A stretch of 64,000 nt of DNA, taken from an uncultured Gemmatimonadales bacterium (GTDB lineage: Bacteria; Gemmatimonadota; Gemmatimonadetes; JACCXV01; JAHWKZ01). Below, piece by piece: positions 58,058 to 64,000 of this stretch (position 1 is the stretch's first letter; every line of letters begins with the position of its first letter). The notes under the pieces are model-generated. The model was not told the DNA's origin and searched no databases. It was given only the letters and a program-made list of their open reading frames with translations. The position numbers and the translations under genes are program-made. The stretch spans positions 31,013 through 95,012 of the forward strand of contig CAMYLR010000008.1 of NCBI GenBank assembly GCA_947259315.1. Reading direction: 5' to 3'.

Positions 58058-58798
58058 TCAGCGTGTTAGACCTCCATCCACGCAGATAACCTGGCCCGTA
58101 ATATAGTCGCTCATCGGTGAGGCGAGGAACAACGCCAGATTGGCCACGTCGTCGGGGAGTCCCAACCGACCCAGCGGGATTCGACCGAGAAACTCCTCTC
58201 GTGCTCCATCGCCGAGCGCCGCGGTCATTTCGGTCTCGACAAAACCCGGCGCAATGACGTTAACGGTCACGTTTCGGGACGCTAGCTCCTCGGCCAGTGA
58301 CTTCGAGAACCCGATTAGCCCAGCCTTGGAGGCGGCGTAATTGGATTGGCCGGCGTTTCCGGTGACACCAACGATTGAAGCGATGTTAATGATACGGCCC
58401 TCTTTCTGACGTATCATCCGCTTGGCCGCCAATCTGCACCAGTGATAAGCGCCATAAAGATTGGTCTCGAGCACACTGCGCCACTCCTCGGGTTTCATCC
58501 TGAGCAGCAGGTTATCACGAGTTATGCCGGCATTGTTGACCAGCACATCGAGCTGGCCAAACTCGTCTTGGTAGGTGCCCCAGGCGTGCTCGACCTGTTC
58601 CTGGTCAGCCACATCACCGGTGAGCTCGAGGCTGGCCACGCCTTTCTGCCGCAGTGCGTTCGCCGTTTCGGCCACTGTGTCCGCGTTGCGCGCAAAAACC
58701 GCCACGTCGGCGCCAGCCGCGGCCAGACCCTCGGCGATAGCACGACCGATTCCTCGATTGCCGCCGGTGACCAGGGCTTTTCTGCCGCTGAGATCTAT
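58058..58798 (-). CDS. fabG: 3-oxoacyl-ACP reductase (SDR); start codon unresolved
   Basis: The track ORF starts at GTG 58705, downstream of the essential Rossmann motif. The same frame is open upstream and encodes ...SIDLSGRKALVTGGNRGIGRAIAEGL. No ATG/GTG/TTG lies in frame between the fabD stop (58795) and the motif. The only candidates are ATA 58798 and ATC. Confidence 0.8.
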   Translation of the reverse strand: MDLSGRKALVTGGNRGIGRAIAEGLAAAGADVAVFARNADTVAETANALRQKGVASLELTGDVADQEQVEHAWGTYQDEFGQLDVLVNNAGITRDNLLLRMKPEEWRSVLETNLYGAYHWCRLAAKRMIRQKEGRIINIASIVGVTGNAGQSNYAASKAGLIGFSKSLAEELASRNVTVNVIAPGFVETEMTAALGDGAREEFLGRIPLGRLGLPDDVANLALFLASPMSDYITGQVICVDGGLTR

Positions 58799-59772
58799 GC
58801 TGGTCGTGATACCGATCGCGATGCCTCCTCGATGATCTGTTCCTCGGTGTCGATCGGGCGCCCCGCAAGTGACCGGTCGATCCGTCTCAAGAGCCCAGTT
58901 AGCACTTTGCCGGGACCGACCTCGAGAAACACGGTAGCTCCGAGATCGCGGAGCCGGTTCACGCAGTCGACCCAGCGCACCGGCGCTGTCAATTGCCCGA
59001 GTAGCCGCGCGCGAATCGCGTCCGGTTCGGTCACGGGTTCCGCGTCTACGTTCGCCACCACCGGACAGATCGCTGTGCGGACATCGACGGCATCGAGAAC
59101 GGCTCCAAGCTCACGCGCCGCTGGCGCCATGAGCGCTGAATGAAAAGCGCCCGAGACATTTAGCTCGACCGCTTTACGCGCACCCCATTCTGGGGCCACC
59201 TCGATCGCTCGCCTAACGGCGCTCACTGATCCCGACACGACGATCTGTCCAGGAGCGTTGAAGTTGGCCGGTGTCAGCACTTCATCAGATCCCCGAACCG
59301 CGTCGCAAAGTGCCACCACGTCGGCGCTATCCATGCCGATCAGTGCGGCCATCGTGCCCGGTCGGTCGCGCCCAGTCGCGGCCATCGCCTCCCCACGTGC
59401 CCGAACCAGCCGGAGCCCATCCGAGAACGAGAGGCTACCAGCTACGACATGAGCCGAGAACTCGCCGAGGCTATGGCCTGCGGCCGACTCCGGTTCTATG
59501 CCTTCGGCTGCGAGCACCCGCGCCACCGCTACCGAATGCGTGAGGAGCGCCGGCTGGGCGTTCTCCGTCGCGCGCAGCTCTTCCTCTGGGCCATCCCAAC
59601 ACAACCTCGACAACGCCACGCCGAGTAAGTCGTCGGCCTGCTCAAACGTCTGCTTGGCCTCAGCCCGCGCGGCTGCCAAATCAGCACCCATTCCAACGAA
59701 CTGGCTTCCCTGTCCGGGGAACTGGAACGCGATCGACGACAACGCTAGAGGCGAAGCACGGCCGAGCCCCAC
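58795..59772 (-). CDS. fabD: Malonyl-CoA--ACP transacylase
   Basis: FPGQGSQFVGM and GHSLGEFSA. Confidence 0.9.
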   Translation of the reverse strand: MGLGRASPLALSSIAFQFPGQGSQFVGMGADLAAARAEAKQTFEQADDLLGVALSRLCWDGPEEELRATENAQPALLTHSVAVARVLAAEGIEPESAAGHSLGEFSAHVVAGSLSFSDGLRLVRARGEAMAATGRDRPGTMAALIGMDSADVVALCDAVRGSDEVLTPANFNAPGQIVVSGSVSAVRRAIEVAPEWGARKAVELNVSGAFHSALMAPAARELGAVLDAVDVRTAICPVVANVDAEPVTEPDAIRARLLGQLTAPVRWVDCVNRLRDLGATVFLEVGPGKVLTGLLRRIDRSLAGRPIDTEEQIIEEASRSVSRPA

Positions 59773-60782
59773 GCGAGCCCGCCACCAAAGGCGGTCATCA
59801 GGACGGTACCGCCGGGCGGCACCATCTCGTTGCGTCGGACTTCGTCGAGCGCAATCGGTATCGATGCCGAGCTCGTGTTTCCATACCGATCGATGTTGAT
59901 GTACAAACGCTCGCGATCGACACCGAGCCGCTTGGCGAGCGACTCGATGATCCGGATGTTGGCCTGGTGCGGAATGACCAGGTCGATGTCGTCTATCGTC
60001 ATCCCCGCTTTCCCAAGAACGATCCGACTCGATTCTTCCATCGCCAGCACAGCGCGCTTGAAAACGTCACGCCCTTCTTGTTTCACGAACTCGAGTCGTT
60101 CACTCTGCGTCTCGGAAGTTGAAGGCATGGCCGCTCCGCCAGCTGGTCGCCACAGCATCTGGGCGCAACGCCCATCGGTCTGCATGTGGGTCGCCAAAAG
60201 ACCGGTGCCGCCATTGGCCACGTCACCACCGGACCCGAGCAGCGCCGCACCTGCCCCATCACCAAACAAGACGCACGTCGATCGATCGGTGTAGTCGATG
60301 ATAGCGGACATCTTCTCCGCTCCGATAACGAGCGCGTTCTCGAACAGCTCGGCTTTCAACAGACCGTCGGCGATTGCCACGCCGTAGAGCCAGCCCGCGC
60401 ACGCCGCGCTCACGTCAAACGCGGCAGCGCGGTGAGCCCCGAGTCGGGCCTGGGTCTCACACGCGGTAGACGGGAGCAAGTGGTCCGGGGTAGCGGTGGA
60501 CAGAACGATGAGGTCGACGTCTATCGGCTCGACTCCGGCGTCCGACAGTGCCTTTGAGCCAGCCCTGGCAGCGAGATCAGCCGTGTCTTCTCCATCGGCA
60601 CAGATGCGCCTTTCCCGGATCCCGGATCGAGTTCTGATCCACTCGTCCGATGTATCGACCATCTTCTCGAGCTCGGCGTTGGTGAGCACGCGATCTGGAA
60701 CCGCCAATCCGGTACCCCGAATGAAACCCTGCCGTTGAGCCTGCTTCTGGTCGCTGATAATGCCCGCTGCCTGGCTTCTCAT
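59745..60782 (-). CDS. fabH: 3-oxoacyl-ACP synthase III
   Basis: LEKMVDTSDEWIRTRSGIRERRI, active-site Cys (ACAGW), and a His/Asn. Confidence 0.9.
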   Translation of the reverse strand: MRSQAAGIISDQKQAQRQGFIRGTGLAVPDRVLTNAELEKMVDTSDEWIRTRSGIRERRICADGEDTADLAARAGSKALSDAGVEPIDVDLIVLSTATPDHLLPSTACETQARLGAHRAAAFDVSAACAGWLYGVAIADGLLKAELFENALVIGAEKMSAIIDYTDRSTCVLFGDGAGAALLGSGGDVANGGTGLLATHMQTDGRCAQMLWRPAGGAAMPSTSETQSERLEFVKQEGRDVFKRAVLAMEESSRIVLGKAGMTIDDIDLVIPHQANIRIIESLAKRLGVDRERLYINIDRYGNTSSASIPIALDEVRRNEMVPPGGTVLMTAFGGGLAWGSAVLRL

Positions 60783-61816
60783 GCGCCCTCCTTCAGCTTT
60801 TCGTCAGTGGCTGTCGCGGCCACGAACTCGCTGACCGCCTCTTCGATGTGGCGGTTTAGTTTTCGCGCTGCGGCTGTTTTCGCCACGTCGATGGCGTTCC
60901 GAAACGCTTTTACGCTGGAACCACCGTGGCCGATGACCACGATGCCGTTCACTCCCAGCAGTGGGGCACCACCGTACTCCGCGTAATCGATCTTCCTTCG
61001 CACCGAATCGAAAGCGGGCCGCATGAGCAAGGCCCCCAACCCGGCCAGGCGGCTCTTGCTCACTTCGTCCCGAACCGAGTCGGCGAGAAAATCGATAAAT
61101 GACTCGCCGAACTTCAGTAGCACATTGCCTACAAAACCGTCACACACGACCACATCCGCCGCCCCCCTTAGCACATCGCGTCCCTCGACATTACCGATGA
61201 AGTTCAAATCGCTGACCCTCAATAGCTGGTGTGTGGCCACGGTGAGGTCGTTTCCCTTGCTTGGCTCCTCGCCGATCGACAATAGCCCCACCCGGGGTCG
61301 GTCGCGGCCCAAGACATCGATCGCATAGATGTGACCCATGATAGCAAACTGAACGAGGTGCTCAGGCCGACACTCGGCGTTGGCTCCGACGTCGAGCACC
61401 AGGCAGGGTAAACCCTGAGTTGGGAAGATCGTCACAATCGCAGGTCTCGAGATGCCCACGATGCGCCCCAACGTCAACAGCGCCCCGGCCATGACCGCCC
61501 CAGTGTTCCCAGCCGAAATAAACGCGTCGGCGCGACCAGACTTCTGTAATTCGAGTCCCACCGCGATCGAGGAATCCCTTTTGCGACGCAAAGCTGCAGA
61601 CGGGGCGTCGTGCATCTCGATCACTTGGGGGGCGTGTCGAATCCGCAGCCGGTCGCCCGCGTAGGGCTGACCTTCTAAACACTGCGAGATCCTTCGCTCG
61701 TCGCCCGTCAGCACGATCTCGAGCGGCTCCTCGCATTCCTCGATAGCCGCCAGCGCAGCCGTCACCGGATACTCTGGAGCGTGATCTCCTCCCATGGCGT
61801 CGAGCACGATTCGCAT
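60779..61816 (-). CDS. plsX: Phosphate acyltransferase PlsX
   Basis: MRIVLDAMGGDHAP. The ATG at 61816 has a GAGGTG SD upstream. The track ORF is extended by 8 codons. Confidence 0.9.
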   Translation of the reverse strand: MRIVLDAMGGDHAPEYPVTAALAAIEECEEPLEIVLTGDERRISQCLEGQPYAGDRLRIRHAPQVIEMHDAPSAALRRKRDSSIAVGLELQKSGRADAFISAGNTGAVMAGALLTLGRIVGISRPAIVTIFPTQGLPCLVLDVGANAECRPEHLVQFAIMGHIYAIDVLGRDRPRVGLLSIGEEPSKGNDLTVATHQLLRVSDLNFIGNVEGRDVLRGAADVVVCDGFVGNVLLKFGESFIDFLADSVRDEVSKSRLAGLGALLMRPAFDSVRRKIDYAEYGGAPLLGVNGIVVIGHGGSSVKAFRNAIDVAKTAAARKLNRHIEEAVSEFVAATATDEKLKEGA

Positions 61817-61856
61817 CGCTCGTGTTTCACCTCTGGCCAACAGGCCTTGGAGGTGT

Positions 61857-62039
61857 CTAGAACTCCTCCACGTCGACGATGTGGCGTCCCGCGTAGTGGC
61901 CGCAGTGCGGACAGACCCGATGCGGGAGCTTGGGCTGCAAACATTTGTCGCACTTGATCACGGTCGGCGCGGCCACTTTCTTGTGGGTCCGACGATTGCG
62001 TCGCCGCGTTTTGCTGATCCTTCGTTTTGGTACTGCCAT
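61857..62039 (-). CDS. rpmF: 50S ribosomal protein L32
   Basis: MAVPKRRISKTRRRNRRTHKK...C..C...CPHCG. Confidence 0.9.
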   Translation of the reverse strand: MAVPKRRISKTRRRNRRTHKKVAAPTVIKCDKCLQPKLPHRVCPHCGHYAGRHIVDVEEF

Positions 62040-62069
62040 CGGTATTGGTCTCCGAGATACAGGTTGTCT

Positions 62070-62582
62070 TCAATCATCGAATCGGAGCGCGCTCAAAGCG
62101 CCCCAGCGTTCGTCAGTTTCGTCCCTTTCGCAGTCGCACTCTTTTTGGTTCAAGTTCTGACCACATTGCGGGCACATTCCAGCACATCGCTTATCACACA
62201 ACGGAAATCGATTGCGTTCCAAAAACAGCCACTCGCGCACCGGCTCATCGATCTCGATCTCCGTCGCCTTGGGGTCGATCGGAATAACGTCCGCGTCCCC
62301 AATCTCATCGTCCGCACTCTTGGATTGCTGGTAAACAACCCAAAAACGATCGTCGATCGTGACTTTCACGGGCTCCAGGCATCTTCGGCACGAACCCACG
62401 GACGAGCCGAGGACGTTAACCGTTACGACGTACATCCCTCCGGTCGCGTTGGTTACCTCGACATCCAGCTGGATCGGCTCGGTGATCTGACTTCCGTAGC
62501 CATCCAGCATGGGATCGTCTGGCGCGATCGTGAAGCCGGTCTTTAGCCGGCCCCCTGAAAGACGCGAGAGATCAACGATCAT
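62070..62582 (-). CDS. YceD/DUF177 family protein (large-subunit rRNA accumulation protein), conserved upstream of rpmF-plsX
   Basis: C-terminal CxxC...CxxC (CDKRCAGMCPQCG...CDC) and acidic stretches. Conserved yceD-rpmF-plsX-fabHDG-acpP-fabF synteny. Confidence 0.8.
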   Translation of the reverse strand: MIVDLSRLSGGRLKTGFTIAPDDPMLDGYGSQITEPIQLDVEVTNATGGMYVVTVNVLGSSVGSCRRCLEPVKVTIDDRFWVVYQQSKSADDEIGDADVIPIDPKATEIEIDEPVREWLFLERNRFPLCDKRCAGMCPQCGQNLNQKECDCERDETDERWGALSALRFDD

Positions 62583-62638
62583 AACCGTATAAGTATATTC
62601 TCGATAGCTACTTGGAACAACGTGGTAAGGTCACGCGC

Positions 62639-63046
62639 CTACTCCCCGAAGAAGAACCCTATCTCAACGGTTGCGTTCTCCGGGGAGTCCGACGCGTGGA
62701 TGGCGTTGCGCTCAACCGACTCGGCGTACAGGCGCCGAACCGTGCCTTCGTCGGCCTCGCTCGGATCGGTCGCTCCGATCGATCGCCTGAGTCCAGCGAC
62801 GGCGTCCTCGCGCTCCAACACCATCGGCACACACGGGCCGCTGGTCATGAAATCCACCAGACTCTCGAAGAATGGCCGCTCCGCGTGTATCGCGTAGAAG
62901 TCGCGCGCACGCTCGCCAGTCAAGGTTTGCATGCGCATCTCACGGATTACGAAACCGTCCGCCTCGAGGTGGGCCAGAACGGCGCCGATCAGGTTCTTCC
63001 CGACCGCGTCTGGCTTGATGATCGCAAGGGTCCGCTCGGTTGGCAT
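62639..63046 (-). CDS. ndk: Nucleoside diphosphate kinase
   Basis: [20 protein letters not shown] (active His). Confidence 0.95.
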   Translation of the reverse strand: MPTERTLAIIKPDAVGKNLIGAVLAHLEADGFVIREMRMQTLTGERARDFYAIHAERPFFESLVDFMTSGPCVPMVLEREDAVAGLRRSIGATDPSEADEGTVRRLYAESVERNAIHASDSPENATVEIGFFFGE

Positions 63047-63945
63047 CAGAACTGTAGCAACTTTCGAATAAGGGAACGACGACTAATCAATCCGACCCAC
63101 TTCCCGTCCTTTGTCAACGGCAACGGGTCAGCGTTCTTGTTGACTATGATCGAAGCTGCCTCGCTGATGCTGGCCTCGACCGGCAAGCAGAGGACCGCTT
63201 TCGACATGACATCCCGAACCGAAGGATCGGCTTCCTCCCGAGTCGCCAAATCTGACGGGCTTTCGAACACCCGTAGGTAACCCGGAAGGAAATCCCGGAT
63301 CAGATCCTTCTCCGAGATCATACCGACGATCTCATCTCTCTTGTTTACTACTGGCAGTCCAGTGTACTCCCCACGCGTCATTAACCGAGCCGCCTCGCGC
63401 AGAGGCATCTCCGGATAGATCCGCTGCGATGCGGGCTGCATGACATCGATGACCGAGAACTTCTGAACTCGCGGCGCGTTGCGAACTGCCGGGAGATCGA
63501 CGATCGATTGAGCGTCGGGGGCAGAGAGCACCGCGTCGAGCACGCCTTCTTCGCGCAGCAGCGCCGCCAGAGTAGCAACCGTCTCTAGATAGGCGCCTGA
63601 CTCTCCGGGCGGCGCAGCGACGAGCACCAACAGCCGGCCCCGGGTCTCGCCACCCGTCTCGGCGGGTACCCTCAGCGGCCGCTCGACGATGCCGACCGAA
63701 ACCACGATCCGGTCGATGGCGTCCGACCAAAGGTGCGAGATAAACGCGCCGGCACCAACGCCCATGGTGTCCTCGGCACCCAGTGTACTGACTTCTCGCA
63801 AGAACCGTTCGCCGTCGACGACGCCGGGTTGGCTGGCAGCAAAAGCCGCCAGCTCATCCAACGCCTCGGCATAGGAGGTGGCAGCGAGCCGCGGCGCTAC
63901 CTGACCGACCGAGAGGATCGGTTTCGTTCGAGTCGCCTCAGCCAA
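63046..63945 (-). CDS. PTS EIIA(Ntr)/PtsN-like domain fused to a C-terminal CBS-domain pair
   Basis: N-terminal PTS_EIIA_2-like region ([13 protein letters not shown] with a His, [24 protein letters not shown]). Two C-terminal CBS motifs (VIDVMQP..., VRDVMSK...). TTG start. Confidence 0.6.
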   Translation of the reverse strand: MAEATRTKPILSVGQVAPRLAATSYAEALDELAAFAASQPGVVDGERFLREVSTLGAEDTMGVGAGAFISHLWSDAIDRIVVSVGIVERPLRVPAETGGETRGRLLVLVAAPPGESGAYLETVATLAALLREEGVLDAVLSAPDAQSIVDLPAVRNAPRVQKFSVIDVMQPASQRIYPEMPLREAARLMTRGEYTGLPVVNKRDEIVGMISEKDLIRDFLPGYLRVFESPSDLATREEADPSVRDVMSKAVLCLPVEASISEAASIIVNKNADPLPLTKDGKWVGLISRRSLIRKLLQF

Positions 63946-64000
63946 GAGCGTCCTCGATCAGTCCGACGATATCCGCTGGACGCTCGGCCACGGCGATCCC
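63938..64000 (-). CDS. 3' end of an unidentified CDS that continues beyond the window
   Basis: Open minus-strand frame ...[20 protein letters not shown] then stop. It overlaps the downstream EIIA-CBS gene start by 8 nt. Confidence 0.3.
   Translation of the reverse strand, partial: GIAVAERPADIVGLIEDALG

Noticed and set aside
1-64000. CRISPR arrays, rRNA, IS elements, integrases, phage or toxin-antitoxin genes
   Set aside because: No regularly spaced direct repeats, no transposase/integrase/recombinase-like ORFs and no rRNA-like conserved stretches were seen. The only non-coding RNAs supported are the two tRNAs.

Overview
This is a 64 kb, high-GC (about 65-68%), gene-dense chromosomal segment from a diderm, LPS-producing bacterium. 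The lineage markers are an LpxC-FabZ fusion, lpxA/lpxD/lpxK, bamA-skp, lolDE and a TonB-dependent receptor with a CarboxypepD_reg-like N-terminus. The Bacteroidetes-style promoter motif (TTTG...TAnnTTTG) upstream of rpsT suggests a Bacteroidota/Rhodothermaeota- or Gemmatimonadota-like organism.

About 70 CDS and 2 tRNAs are supported (tRNA-Ala(CGC) and tRNA-Leu(GAG)). Most genes lie on the minus strand in long, translationally coupled operons:
- bamA-skp-lpxD-lpxC/fabZ-lpxA-DUF374-lpxK-nadB-rlmH
- lolE-lolD-mcsA-mcsB-clpC
- plsX-fabH-fabD-fabG-acpP-fabF-rnc-mtnP-purE-purB
- gap-pgk-tpiA-secG-tRNALeu-mscL
- scpA-scpB-rluB-unknown-ECF sigma

No rRNA, CRISPR array, transposase, integrase or phage genes were seen.

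The non-housekeeping highlights are:
1. A single-polypeptide EgtD-EgtB (fungal Egt1-like) ergothioneine biosynthesis gene. It sits divergently against a betaine/QAT-family ABC importer, with only 24 bp between them containing a perfect palindrome.
2. A mcsA-mcsB-clpC protein-arginine-kinase module in an LPS diderm, with no ctsR.
3. An rtcB-archease operon behind a textbook sigma-54 promoter, next to an AAA-less Fis-HTH regulator.
4. A prfB gene with the canonical CUU UGA C +1 frameshift site.
5. A low-GC ArnA-like gene beside tRNA-Ala.
6. A 573-aa Rossmann-fold protein of unknown function, translationally coupled to an ECF sigma / anti-sigma / lipoprotein / TonB-receptor module.
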